This document shows positions 9,973 to 20,311 of a DNA stretch of 59,495 nt, in pieces. The notes beneath the pieces are model-generated. The model did no database searches. It was given only the letters and a program-made list of their open reading frames with translations, and was not told where the DNA came from. Origin of the DNA: an uncultured virus (IMG/VR IMGVR_UViG_3300024327_000658) (lineage: Duplodnaviria; Heunggongvirae; Uroviricota; Caudoviricetes); IMG/VR virus record IMGVR_UViG_3300024327_000658; one strand, given 5' to 3'. A program made the position numbers and the translations under genes. Position 1 is the stretch's first letter. The number at the start of each line of letters is the position of its first letter.

Positions 9973-12900
9973 TAAACCAATTCCCCAAATTCTACAGTTA
10001 CAGGATGTATATCAAAGCCAATATTCAACATTTTTTTTTCTCTTAATGATTGTCCTTCGAGATTGGTGATACCCCGTTGAACTAAAATTTTATATTTTTC
10101 ATTAGATCTTGTCAATGGGACTTTTGATTTTAAATCCACATTAAAAAATTGCTGTTTAAATTTACCAGTTTCTTCATCAGCATGAGCATCTCCTTCAATA
10201 CTAGTTTTTGGTTGTTGATCAAATTGATGAAAAGATGTGTCGTCAGAAAACGAAACAGCTTTGGAAACCAACGATAAAGACGATGTTCCTTGATATAATA
10301 CAACCGTATCATTTTCTGTAGGGGCATTCGCAAAAATAAAATTACCCATTTGTATTTTTGGAGAAAAATCTACAGTTTTTTCCATTTGTTTATTGATCGC
10401 ATTTCTAGCAGATTTGTCTAATTTATAAGCATCGTTTGTAAATTTAATTCTTATAATTCCATCATCATCTATTCTTCCCAAGTTCTCTATTTCAACCCAA
10501 TTACCGTCGCTGTCTTGTCCTTGTATTTCTTTTACATAAGGTGCTATTTTTTGAGCAATACTATCTTCTCCATCATATAAATTAGCAAGAAATCCTTGCC
10601 CAAGAGTTGCCAGTCCATTAAAATTGTTCATAAACTTATCAAATTTTAATATATCAGGACCCTGAGCAAAAAACACAATAGCACCAGAATATTTTAAATT
10701 ATCAAGCTCACTTAAGCTTTTAGGGATTCCGTCGGGTTCTATTTCATCATCAGACTTTACTCCTGGTTTTAAAACTTGTCTTTTCACCGTTTTATTTAAT
10801 CCAGTAAAAGGGTCTTGTATTGTGGCATCTATTTCTATTGTTTCAAGACTTATCTCTCGTACTTTATTTTTAGCAGTCTGCAATGCTTTTAACTTTCCTA
10901 GTTTCTCTTTAAAATCACTAACACCATCACCATTAAACATAACAGAATAAAGACCAGCCGCATTTAATCCCTTAGAGAAAAATGCGATCAATTGTTGAAT
11001 TTGATCATTTAATCTTTGTATTGCTATTATTTGTCTTTCTAAAAATGCTATGTACTCATCTAATTTTTTGGATATACTTTCAACTTGTTTTTTAAAACCC
11101 TTTACCATGCCAATTGCTTCTTGTATAGTTGCACCGTATGCTGGAAATAAATCTGATACTCTTAAATATTTCCAATTAGGCGAAATATTTTTATTAGACG
11201 AAGAAATTTGAAACGGTTGATTGGGAGGACCATTACTATCAGCTTCCGAGGGTATTCTTGTTTTCCAAGAATAAACTACACCATTTGGTGGAGATATAGC
11301 CCCTTTCATATCAAAATTTAAAAAAGCAGTATCATATGTCCCATCATAATCTAAAATTCCTAATTCAATTTCAAGCGTATTCATTCCGATGGGTCTGGGC
11401 GATGCTTGAGAATGTGCTTTATCTGAATAAATAAATAGTTTATGTCTTGTTAAGTCATCCAAGCTTTCAATAGACTCCCCACCAACTTTAATATTAGCAA
11501 CTCGCCACTGCACATTCAATGACGGAATTATATCTAATAATTTACCGTGATTAAATTGAAACGCACTACCCGTTAATTTAGACTCATTATAAATATTTAA
11601 ATTTCTATCGGAGGCGTCAAACGGTTGCAAATATTGATGATCAATTATCGATCCTTTTTTAAGATAACGTAAAAAATTAAGATAAGAATCTATGACACTT
11701 GAACTATTATTACCTTCTAATAAAATATTAAGTCCTTTTTCAAAACCGCCTGCAGACTCACACTCATTTCTAATTCGATTTCCCCATGTTCCAGAAGGTA
11801 TAATTTCTGTTAAAATGGGACTACCTTCTTTAATTGTCCCGAAAAAAGATCCAGTTGCTACTGAAATCGGTTTTTCTAATGTATCTGTTCTAAAAATTGC
11901 ATAATTTTCAGGAGCAATAAATTTACTTGAAATCGCTCGAACAATTGGTATTGTTGCGGAATTAAGAGGTTTATGGTTTGTTTTTTGTAGTTCACCTCTA
12001 ACATTTTTCACCTTAACATTATTTTGTATAACCATACCATTTAAAATAACTATTGGTAGATGTTCAATAACTTCAGCAGAAAAATTGGTAAATCCTAATA
12101 TTCCACCCTCTTGAATAATTTTATCTCCTGGTTTAAACATGGGCAGTTTATACTTACGGTGAGTTTTATGTATTCCGTTTTTATATGTCCCATCTTTAAG
12201 ATCTGTTCTTGGTTTAAAATCCGCAAGTTCATAGAACCACTCTTCTGGACTTTGTAAAAATCCAAGGTCTTTTCCTGAAGCCCTTTTTATTGCATTATCA
12301 GTTCCTGTTGGTTTATAAAGCGATTCTCCTAATGAAATAGTCATTTTTGTATCATCTGGCTGGACTAAAAACGCGGACTGAGCCAGTTCATCTCCTAGGG
12401 TAGAACCAAAATAATCCACAAACGATTGTATAATTTGAATTACATCATTAATTGTTGGAAGAGTAAACATAATCATAAATGCTTTATATGGACCAGACCC
12501 AGTTGGTCTATTGCTATCTGGATTAGATCCTGATAAAGATTCTATTATTTTATTTACACAATCTTTTGGAGTTAATTCTTTAAGGATTGCATTTTTTTGA
12601 GTAGCATCAATTGTAGCAAAAAGCGCATCTTTAGCTCCTTCAACAATTTGTCCAGTCACCGATTGTGTTATGGATCCGGGATCTGTAAACCCAGTTAAAA
12701 ATGCATTTTTCTGTCTTTCGGCTGTCGCCGCGGCAGTATCAGTATAAAAAACAGAAGAACCTTTCCAGGATTCTGGATGAAAAAAATTACGAATACCCAT
12801 CAACGAATCATAAATCAAAGCCCTTGACAGACCAGAACCATCATTTTTGGCATCAATCAATGCTTGATCAGGTGTAAGTAAAGTTTCTCCGTTTTGCGTT

Positions 12901-13319
12901 TTTACAAACAAACCCGATTCACTATAACCAAGATTTTGAGCATCTTGTCCATGCAGAGCGGCGACAAGACCAAGAACTGCTTCGTCTAATTTAGAAGTAT
13001 TCAATGATGGAGGATATGTTCCATCTTTCCACGGCCAAACAGAAACACTACCAAAACCCAAACCATCCAATTCTTCAAGTGCTTCTATTAGAGCATCAAT
13101 GGTTTCAATTAAAGCCGCAGTAAGAGGATTTTTAAATGCCTGCAAAAACATTTTTGTTGTTTGAAAAAACTGAATTAACGTCTCTGAAATTCTTGAAAAT
13201 TCAGCACCAAATGCAGATAGCCCCTTTAAAAATTCATTTAAAGCATCACCCGCAGATCCACCAAAAGGCGAGCCCTCCATTTGTTTTAGAACATTATCTT
13301 CAGGATTTGACTCAGCCAC
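9972..13319 (-). CDS. Large hypothetical baseplate-associated protein, 1115 aa
   Basis: GTG start with GGAGA upstream. Amphipathic helices at the N-terminus and around aa 735-790; the C-terminus resembles an Ig-like domain. Coupled to its neighbours. Confidence 0.65.
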   Translation of the reverse strand: MAESNPEDNVLKQMEGSPFGGSAGDALNEFLKGLSAFGAEFSRISETLIQFFQTTKMFLQAFKNPLTAALIETIDALIEALEELDGLGFGSVSVWPWKDGTYPPSLNTSKLDEAVLGLVAALHGQDAQNLGYSESGLFVKTQNGETLLTPDQALIDAKNDGSGLSRALIYDSLMGIRNFFHPESWKGSSVFYTDTAAATAERQKNAFLTGFTDPGSITQSVTGQIVEGAKDALFATIDATQKNAILKELTPKDCVNKIIESLSGSNPDSNRPTGSGPYKAFMIMFTLPTINDVIQIIQSFVDYFGSTLGDELAQSAFLVQPDDTKMTISLGESLYKPTGTDNAIKRASGKDLGFLQSPEEWFYELADFKPRTDLKDGTYKNGIHKTHRKYKLPMFKPGDKIIQEGGILGFTNFSAEVIEHLPIVILNGMVIQNNVKVKNVRGELQKTNHKPLNSATIPIVRAISSKFIAPENYAIFRTDTLEKPISVATGSFFGTIKEGSPILTEIIPSGTWGNRIRNECESAGGFEKGLNILLEGNNSSSVIDSYLNFLRYLKKGSIIDHQYLQPFDASDRNLNIYNESKLTGSAFQFNHGKLLDIIPSLNVQWRVANIKVGGESIESLDDLTRHKLFIYSDKAHSQASPRPIGMNTLEIELGILDYDGTYDTAFLNFDMKGAISPPNGVVYSWKTRIPSEADSNGPPNQPFQISSSNKNISPNWKYLRVSDLFPAYGATIQEAIGMVKGFKKQVESISKKLDEYIAFLERQIIAIQRLNDQIQQLIAFFSKGLNAAGLYSVMFNGDGVSDFKEKLGKLKALQTAKNKVREISLETIEIDATIQDPFTGLNKTVKRQVLKPGVKSDDEIEPDGIPKSLSELDNLKYSGAIVFFAQGPDILKFDKFMNNFNGLATLGQGFLANLYDGEDSIAQKIAPYVKEIQGQDSDGNWVEIENLGRIDDDGIIRIKFTNDAYKLDKSARNAINKQMEKTVDFSPKIQMGNFIFANAPTENDTVVLYQGTSSLSLVSKAVSFSDDTSFHQFDQQPKTSIEGDAHADEETGKFKQQFFNVDLKSKVPLTRSNEKYKILVQRGITNLEGQSLREKKMLNIGFDIHPVTVEFGELV

Positions 13320-13485
13320 CGGTCTCCATTTCTTCTAATTGTTGTTTTTTTGCAATATCTAACTGATTTTTTAAAAATGATACATAATCATCATTAAAGT
13401 TTTTAACTTTACCCAAAAGGTCTATCATATTACCGTTAATTATTGGCTGTTGTTCTAAAACAATTTCTTCGTCTTTTTTATTCAT
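13312..13485 (-). CDS. Small helical hypothetical protein, 57 aa (below the ORF-track cutoff)
   Basis: ATGA overlap with the gp5 stop. Reads MNKKDEEIVLEQQPIINGNMIDLLGKVKNFNDDYVSFLKNQLDIAKKQQLEEMETGG. It fills the gap exactly and overlaps the next start. Confidence 0.7.
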   Translation of the reverse strand: MNKKDEEIVLEQQPIINGNMIDLLGKVKNFNDDYVSFLKNQLDIAKKQQLEEMETGG

Positions 13486-15509
13486 GATTGAAACACCTTG
13501 TCTATTTCTGCATCAAATCCAACAAATTCACTCATATTTGTTGCCACGCCACTCGGACCAGACGGGGTTGGAAAAGTCATATTTTGTAATGCTGTTGATA
13601 ATTTTTTTAATAAAGTATGAATATCAGATCCCATTCCTTTTATAGAAATAAGTCCTGAGCTATCCATTTTAATATTAGCTACTTTATTTTTAATTTCTAT
13701 ATCTGTACTAGCATCAACAGAAAATTTTGTTCCTGCTTTTAGTTCAATTTTTCCTAGAGTGGCATTTACAGAAATATCACCTAACGTAGTACTAACCGCC
13801 ATTCCATTTCCATTTAATTTTAAAGATGATGATATTCCTCCAGGTCCACTATTTAATATAACACCCCCCACACCGCTTGTTGGATTTTGAGATTCAATAA
13901 TAATCGATTTACCTACACATACTTTCTTCATACCTGGACCAAATATACCCTTTACGATTTCATTTGAACTTCCTTCTATTGTCATTTCATGATCCATCGC
14001 TATATTCGTTTTAGAACTTCCTGAAATAGCCTGTTCATGACCCTTGGCAGTTAATTTAAAATCTCCAAATTCTTGTATCATGCTTTCACCAACCAGAGTA
14101 GTTGGCGCTGACTTATCACCAGCCAATGTTCCCATTTGCTGTAATTGAAAGTTAGATTGTCCTTTAGCTGTTCCTATGATTGTAAGATTTCGTGCTTTAA
14201 TAGTCATTTCACCGTCTTTTAAATCAATATTATAATTTCCTTTAGTGACTTCCATGTTTACATCACCATCACCATCGAACAGTAAATGATTGCTTCCACC
14301 ACTTCTAGAATTATAAACATGATTCATTGATCCTTCAACATGTTTTATTTCATCTCCATAAACATGTGAATGAACATCTGAATCACAAAGAAAATACGAT
14401 TTACCAACAGTATTATCGACTCTAGAACCGTCGGGTAAAAATTCAAGAAAACTTTGAGTCCTATGTAATATTCTAACTCTCTCGCCACCCGGAGAATCGT
14501 CTAATTCAAATAAATGGCCACTTTCAGTATATGTAACATGATTATATGGATATTCAGGATTAAACCTGCTTGAAGGTAAAGACCAAGGAGCCCCGATAGC
14601 TTTTCTAATACCCGTATGCAAACTTATTTGAGTCGCACTTAAACTTCCTGCTATTCTATGAACAGCCATTTCAATTTGAGATTGAGGATGTGAAGTAGAA
14701 ACCGGATCCCAGAGTTGTTGATCATACTGTTCAACAAACTTTTCTCTATTTAATCCTAATAAATTTGTTGAAGGCAACGACATAGCGGGAATACCATTCC
14801 TATCAAATATTATTCTATTTTCATCAGGATTCCTAGAAAAAATCTGAGAAGTCAACAATGGAGGGTTGTTTTTTTTATCAGGTAAACTAGCAATGGATCC
14901 GGGAGATCCAGCACCTGAACGTTTAAAAATATTTGCTTGAATTTTCGACTCATCTTCATTTTTTCCGAACCAAATCCTTCCACCTTTCATTGGTGTTTCC
15001 CCTACGAAATCATAATGTTCTTCTTGAGCGAAACCCTGACTATGTTCTATAACTTTTGCTGAAATTCCTGAAACAAATCTATCGATATAAAGAGGTGGAT
15101 AGGGGGCATTACGCCTTTCCCAAATGGTTCTAGAATCATTAAACCCTCTATCAGGATTTGCAATATTTTCAGGAATTCCACCAGATGTCCCTAAAACAAC
15201 TGGTTCTTGGGCGGCTCGACCATCTCTAAAAAAACCAAATACGTGAGTACCTTCTACTAATCCAGTAGGAGTAGTACCAATTCCAGATATTGCCGCTGAT
15301 GTTATTGGCTGAATAATATCTGCCCAAGGTAAATCGCCTGTAGGTATTAATGTTTTATCATCTGTATGAAATCCAATACACCTTACTTTAACTCTACCAA
15401 GAAAAAGAGGATCTTTTCTATTTTCAACAACACCATAAAACCAGACAAACCCATCTGTTCCCATAAAATCTTTTATGTCATTATCGTTTAAAAAAGTTGA
15501 ACTATTCAT
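13482..15509 (-). CDS. gp5: Baseplate central spike gp5 (OB-fold plus beta-helix, no lysozyme domain recognised)
   Basis: GFVWFYGVVENRKDPLFLGRVKVRCIGFH, LPWA, VFGFFRDG (Gp5_OB); YPYNHV.YTESGHLFELDDSPGGERVRILHR; beta-helix repeats. Confidence 0.92.
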   Translation of the reverse strand: MNSSTFLNDNDIKDFMGTDGFVWFYGVVENRKDPLFLGRVKVRCIGFHTDDKTLIPTGDLPWADIIQPITSAAISGIGTTPTGLVEGTHVFGFFRDGRAAQEPVVLGTSGGIPENIANPDRGFNDSRTIWERRNAPYPPLYIDRFVSGISAKVIEHSQGFAQEEHYDFVGETPMKGGRIWFGKNEDESKIQANIFKRSGAGSPGSIASLPDKKNNPPLLTSQIFSRNPDENRIIFDRNGIPAMSLPSTNLLGLNREKFVEQYDQQLWDPVSTSHPQSQIEMAVHRIAGSLSATQISLHTGIRKAIGAPWSLPSSRFNPEYPYNHVTYTESGHLFELDDSPGGERVRILHRTQSFLEFLPDGSRVDNTVGKSYFLCDSDVHSHVYGDEIKHVEGSMNHVYNSRSGGSNHLLFDGDGDVNMEVTKGNYNIDLKDGEMTIKARNLTIIGTAKGQSNFQLQQMGTLAGDKSAPTTLVGESMIQEFGDFKLTAKGHEQAISGSSKTNIAMDHEMTIEGSSNEIVKGIFGPGMKKVCVGKSIIIESQNPTSGVGGVILNSGPGGISSSLKLNGNGMAVSTTLGDISVNATLGKIELKAGTKFSVDASTDIEIKNKVANIKMDSSGLISIKGMGSDIHTLLKKLSTALQNMTFPTPSGPSGVATNMSEFVGFDAEIDKVFQS

Positions 15510-17245
15510 GCGACACCTCCAACGTCGATGCCTAAATCTATTCCATCCATGATAAATTGATCATCTTCTGTGATATTCAATTCCCGAGAAATCGTACCTC
15601 TTTCAAAAGAGGTGCCTCGTGTATTGTCAAGTTTAGAAAACAATGTATCTTTTGCTAATTCCATTGTTGTCAAATAACTGTTACCGTGTATTATCGAATG
15701 TTGAATTTTCGTTATTAAATATAATCCCGCATAAAAAGAATGTTGTTCGTCTGGATAATAATTTGAAGGATATTTTAATTCTATTATTTCACCTATAACT
15801 CTATTGTGATCACCGGGCACTGTTATTTGCGTTATTATATTACTCAGTTGCCTTGTTTGAGCATAACTTTGTAACAACCACCTCTCAACTTGTTTATCCA
15901 CTGAAATAGCGCCAATATCATTATTCGTCATAATATTCTGTAATAGTTTTGTGATCATTTTTTCGTTATGTTGAAAATTCGTTGATGCATACTTATAAAA
16001 AGTTTCAGATGTATCCATCCCATAATGCTCATCATTTGTTAATGGATATTTTTCTCCCGTTCTTCCGACATGCCTAAAATCATCGAACTGTTTCCGATAA
16101 TCATACTCATAATAACTTACTTGATGATTTGCTTTATATAACTTATTAGTTAATCTTTTATCAAAACCGCTTGACGGAATAAATGGTGTAGCAGACGATT
16201 GATTTATAGAACCAATTCGGTGAGTCGTTGGATCATAAGTCAACAATCTTCCAGAATACATTCCTTCAATTAAATTATTTAAAACATTAAAAGTAGATTG
16301 TATTTTATATTTTACTACTGTAAGTTCTTTTTGAAGAGGAGTAATTGATAAGGCCTCTACTGGTCTTATTACGTAAGATGACATTGGTACATCAACTGAT
16401 GTCGCTTGTGCTGGTTTTGAAACTCTTACAGCATTTTCTGTTCCAATGCCATCTCTACGCAATGTTTTTTGATCATCATAATCTAGACCAGTTTCGTCTA
16501 ATAATGAATCATCAACTTCAGCCGATGACTGGGTAATTAAAGGATGCAATAAATCAGATAATGATTTAAAATAAAATCCAAATTTATTCTCATAAAATAC
16601 AAATTTTCCAAAATTTGCACTTTTTTTCCCCTGTTGATTCATTTCGACGTTTGAAGCAACCGATTTTTTAGTAACCATATCTATTGCTTGAAAAGGTCTT
16701 ATTGTAGGAAATACAAAATGCATTCCATAAAAAGTTCCATCGGTATCTCCTTTCCGATCAAAAGTTAAATCTTTTTTATGACTAATAAAAGAATCTGAAC
16801 TTATATAATTATCATATACATCTTCAATAATAGTAGAAGCCAAAACAGATTTATAGGATTTTGACACTCTATTTCTCAAATTAGCAATAAACTCGTCTGA
16901 ACAAAAATCCAATACATAAAATCTTGTAGGACCGTCTTCTATAGTAGCAGATCTTTTAACAATTGTATATTCAGCATCCCAATCTGGTCCACCCAATAAT
17001 TTATTTTTTAACAATATACGTATTTTTTCTTGTCCAATAATAGGAATTCTTTCGTCTAATCCAGCCACATCAAATATTTTTACATCACCGGTTATAACAT
17101 TACTTTCAAATAAAGATTCATTTATTGTAAATCCAGCAATCGCTGAATTATTTTCAGAATCGATTGTGTATGATGCCCCCTTATAATTTATGAAAGTTAT
17201 TTTCCAGACCGAATCAGTACTAAAATGAGAATCTACATGTGACAT
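15506..17245 (-). CDS. Baseplate hub protein, gp27-like
   Basis: INESLF..VITG...I.D, PIIGQE, FVFYEN..GFYFKSL, VPGD..RVIGEII.L, G.YLITKIQH motifs; lies between gp53 and gp5. Confidence 0.75.
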   Translation of the reverse strand: MSHVDSHFSTDSVWKITFINYKGASYTIDSENNSAIAGFTINESLFESNVITGDVKIFDVAGLDERIPIIGQEKIRILLKNKLLGGPDWDAEYTIVKRSATIEDGPTRFYVLDFCSDEFIANLRNRVSKSYKSVLASTIIEDVYDNYISSDSFISHKKDLTFDRKGDTDGTFYGMHFVFPTIRPFQAIDMVTKKSVASNVEMNQQGKKSANFGKFVFYENKFGFYFKSLSDLLHPLITQSSAEVDDSLLDETGLDYDDQKTLRRDGIGTENAVRVSKPAQATSVDVPMSSYVIRPVEALSITPLQKELTVVKYKIQSTFNVLNNLIEGMYSGRLLTYDPTTHRIGSINQSSATPFIPSSGFDKRLTNKLYKANHQVSYYEYDYRKQFDDFRHVGRTGEKYPLTNDEHYGMDTSETFYKYASTNFQHNEKMITKLLQNIMTNNDIGAISVDKQVERWLLQSYAQTRQLSNIITQITVPGDHNRVIGEIIELKYPSNYYPDEQHSFYAGLYLITKIQHSIIHGNSYLTTMELAKDTLFSKLDNTRGTSFERGTISRELNITEDDQFIMDGIDLGIDVGGVA

Positions 17246-17257
17246 ATTATATCTTAC

Positions 17258-17836
17258 CTAATTAAAATAAAGGGTTCTTAACTCACTCATAATTTGCGCA
17301 GAATAAGTATTTTCTATTAAAATAATTTCTTTTTTTTCATTATTTTTCATTAATTCATAATCATAATTATATATTATTTTTCTTTCTGAATCATCAAGAT
17401 CATTATATGTTTCTTTATTAATGATTGCAACTTTTTCCAGAATTTTGCCAGTATCCACAGTCGCTTTAGATTCTGTTCTTAATATTTTTTCATAATGATG
17501 TATACCCGTTCTTGCAGAATCAAGTGAACCATATTTTTCTTCGATAAACAGCGTTAATTCATTTCCAAATAAGGGCCAATCATATAAAGGATCTAGAATA
17601 TGATTTGCTAAAAATATTAAATACGTATAATCAGAAGATCCATAATATCGATGAGCTATAATATCAGGCCTTTCGAATTCCTTTATTCTATAAGGATAAT
17701 ATGAAGAAATATTTTTTAAAATTTTATTATTTATATCTACTCTGGACAACAAATTTGTTGCAAGCGTGGCCCTAATCGGAGTAACTTTATCTATATTATA
17801 ATAAAATGTTTTATAATTTCTAAAAAATTCTGACAT
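17258..17836 (-). CDS. gp53: Baseplate wedge subunit gp53 (LysM-like)
   Basis: ERPDIIAHRYYGS..Y..LIFLANHILDPLYDWPL; YDYE...NNEKKEI. Confidence 0.9.
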   Translation of the reverse strand: MSEFFRNYKTFYYNIDKVTPIRATLATNLLSRVDINNKILKNISSYYPYRIKEFERPDIIAHRYYGSSDYTYLIFLANHILDPLYDWPLFGNELTLFIEEKYGSLDSARTGIHHYEKILRTESKATVDTGKILEKVAIINKETYNDLDDSERKIIYNYDYELMKNNEKKEIILIENTYSAQIMSELRTLYFN

Positions 17837-18933
17837 TAATAGTCCTCCGCATGTGATCTATCTAGAGTAAAGTTTTCTTTGAATTGAAGCTGTAAATTTA
17901 TTGATGTCGGTAAACCATTTTCTTCAAAAAATTTAGGTGCATATTTCGCTTTAAGTGATGTTAAAAAAGAATTTCCTATACGATGTAAATATGTATTTTT
18001 TTCTAAATTACTATAAAATTGAATCCTATATGTATTAGGAAAAGAAAAGAAAGCAGAATTCATTTTGTTTGAAATTTTTAACGTTGTTTTCTTTTTAGAC
18101 ACTCCCGGATGATGGTCCAATCCTATTGGATCATATGACACTATTTCTTGTTCGGGCTCGACAACATTGGACCCATCTAAACTTAACTGATTTAATCCAG
18201 GTAACATACCGACTTTTAAATTGGTTATAATTTTCATAAGGGCTTCGGATTCGCTCGCAGATTTAGGATTAAAGTCAAAAGTGAAAGAATGTTGACGTAA
18301 TTTTTTTACTCCTGTAAATATAAGAGATGTATATGGATTTCTCGACTCTCTCATAGACATGGAGGCCACTTGTTCTCCTTTTGCGTGTGAAGGAGCTAAT
18401 GCACCAAGAGCAGATGTAATATTAAATTTAATATTATTTGCAAAATCTCCTCTAACACCTTTACTATTATATGGTGAAGCTTGTTGCATAACATCTTTAC
18501 CCATTCTTCCATAAAACTCCATTGATTTTTGTATAAAACCGCTACCAGATCCACTTGAAAAAGTCTCAAAATTTTCTTTTAAGTCTTTTGTTATTTGATG
18601 AGCATTTTGAGACAATATATCTCCAAAAATACCTAAATCCACATCGGAATAATCTGCGGAATAGTGTGTTTTTAATGAACCAACTGGCAAATGTAAAACA
18701 AAACTTTTACCTCGTATATAATAATCACTTGCCTCATTACCGGAAGTAATTTGTTCAAAATTCATCTGAGCATTAAATGCATCTTTATTTTTAATGGGTG
18801 GTTTAAATATCAATTCTGATATTACCATAAAATGTTGCAATCCTTTAGTTGTAGCAATACCTTTAGGATATTCGAATCTATTTTCGCCCAATAAACTAGT
18901 TAAATTGCCGCTGGGATTTTTTGTTATAGCCAT
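17836..18933 (-). CDS. gp48: Baseplate tail-tube cap, gp48-like (paralog 2)
   Basis: NPYTSLIFTGV..RQHSFTFDFNPKSASESE..., F..P..Y.I.F, L.F.E motifs. Confidence 0.75.
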   Translation of the reverse strand: MAITKNPSGNLTSLLGENRFEYPKGIATTKGLQHFMVISELIFKPPIKNKDAFNAQMNFEQITSGNEASDYYIRGKSFVLHLPVGSLKTHYSADYSDVDLGIFGDILSQNAHQITKDLKENFETFSSGSGSGFIQKSMEFYGRMGKDVMQQASPYNSKGVRGDFANNIKFNITSALGALAPSHAKGEQVASMSMRESRNPYTSLIFTGVKKLRQHSFTFDFNPKSASESEALMKIITNLKVGMLPGLNQLSLDGSNVVEPEQEIVSYDPIGLDHHPGVSKKKTTLKISNKMNSAFFSFPNTYRIQFYSNLEKNTYLHRIGNSFLTSLKAKYAPKFFEENGLPTSINLQLQFKENFTLDRSHAEDY

Positions 18934-18947
18934 TTATCTTTCGCTCT

Positions 18948-19838
18948 TTAATAAGTTTTCCAAGTCAATTTATACATATCACCATAATCCTCAATACATC
19001 TTTCTCTAGTATAAATTTCAGTTTCTTTAATTGTCACATTTAATGTAGCTGTTAGTGGCGCATTTGTTTCTTTAAAAAAAATAGGATTTTGTGTTCCTGC
19101 AGAATATTCAACTGTAAAATCTTGTATAACCGCGTTCTTAATTGTTACTAGTTTATTCTTATTTTCTTTACTATAATCGTTAGTAGTAGGAAAAAACGTA
19201 ATATTAACTTTATCTGGCATTGTTAAAATTCCTGTACTTTGAGAAGACACTTCATCGTCTCGTCTTGTTGTTACTTTTTCAGGTAACATTGCGTGTTTAA
19301 AAGTTTCAATAATTTGTTTTATGGTATTACTTTCATTAGAATTTTTAGGCATTAGCACAAACGAAAAAGAAAAATCTCTAAATCCCACACTATTAAATAC
19401 GCTTGTAACATATGGATTTTGTATCGTATTTAACCCCTTTGCTACTCCCGCTTTTAAACCAGGAGTTCCGCTTAACACTACATCTGAAGCTATTCTGGCA
19501 AAAGAGCTTGGGTTAAATGAAGATATTCCTGTTTTTGCAATATTCGATAATCTATCTATGTTTATATTTCCAGCCGCCGCTCCTACTGCAATTGCACCAG
19601 CAACATCAAATTCGGCATTATCATAGGTTACATTAATAGCATCATTTATTTCCGGAAAAGGTAGCACTACACAAGAAGCTATTTTTGAAGCTCCGTGTTC
19701 AATAGTGGCAAATTCAAACATGCAAAATTTCTTTGATTCTGGATCTTTCACAGAAGATCCGAGATTTCTTGGAAATCTGTGAACAGGAATACCTGTTTTC
19801 GCATTAATTAATTGGTTTAACTTAGTGTCTGTGGTCAT
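18948..19838 (-). CDS. gp48: Baseplate tail-tube cap, gp48-like (paralog 1)
   Basis: NPYVTSVFNSVGFRDFSFSFVLMPKNSNES..IKQII.TFK..MLP; L..TIKETE motif; AGGAGA RBS. Confidence 0.8.
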   Translation of the reverse strand: MTTDTKLNQLINAKTGIPVHRFPRNLGSSVKDPESKKFCMFEFATIEHGASKIASCVVLPFPEINDAINVTYDNAEFDVAGAIAVGAAAGNINIDRLSNIAKTGISSFNPSSFARIASDVVLSGTPGLKAGVAKGLNTIQNPYVTSVFNSVGFRDFSFSFVLMPKNSNESNTIKQIIETFKHAMLPEKVTTRRDDEVSSQSTGILTMPDKVNITFFPTTNDYSKENKNKLVTIKNAVIQDFTVEYSAGTQNPIFFKETNAPLTATLNVTIKETEIYTRERCIEDYGDMYKLTWKTY

Positions 19839-19850
19839 TATTCTCCTTAT

Positions 19851-19867
19851 TATACATAATATTTAGC
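19851..19867. promoter_or_regulatory. Divergent late-promoter-like motifs (TATACATA on + at 19851-19858; GCTAAATA on - at 19860-19867)
   Basis: A 29-nt gap between divergent late genes holds one TATAAATA-like motif per strand. Confidence 0.45.
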
Positions 19868-20299
19868 ATGAGTTACAAAGGGAAATATAAAATAAAGAAT
19901 CTAAAAAAGTATAGGGGAGATCCTACTAAAATAACTTATCGTTCTTTATGGGAAAAAAAATTCATGAATTATTGTGAAGAAAATCCTATGATTATTGAAT
20001 GGTCGAGTGAAGAAATAGTTGTTCGCTATAGGTCTCCTATTGACAAAAAAATACATAGATATTTCCCTGATTTTTGGATTAAGGTAAAAAGAAAAACTGG
20101 TTTAACAGAAAACATTATTATAGAAGTCAAGCCCAAAAAACAAACATCTCCTCCCAAGAAACCCAAAAGAGTTACTAAGAGATATTTATCCGAAGTATAC
20201 ACCTTTGGTGTTAATGAGGCAAAATGGAATGCGGCTATAGAGTTCTGTAAGATCAGAAAATGGCGATTTGAAATCATTACGGAAGATCATCTTTTTTAA
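19868..20299 (+). CDS. gp4: Head completion protein (TnsA-like nuclease fold)
   Basis: KYRGDP..I.YRSLWE..FM, WSSEE, HRYFPDF, IEVKP, NEAKW.AA, IITEDHL. Confidence 0.93.
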   Translation: MSYKGKYKIKNLKKYRGDPTKITYRSLWEKKFMNYCEENPMIIEWSSEEIVVRYRSPIDKKIHRYFPDFWIKVKRKTGLTENIIIEVKPKKQTSPPKKPKRVTKRYLSEVYTFGVNEAKWNAAIEFCKIRKWRFEIITEDHLF

Positions 20300-20306
20300 C
20301 TAAATA
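20299..20306 (+). promoter_or_regulatory. Putative late promoter (ACTAAATA)
   Basis: 5 nt upstream of the gp2 ATG; same motif as at gp25. Confidence 0.6.
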
Positions 20307-20311
20307 TAACT

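Noticed and set aside
19868..20299. TnsA-like nuclease as a transposon or homing element
   Set aside because: Sequence and position next to gp2 match the core head-completion protein gp4.
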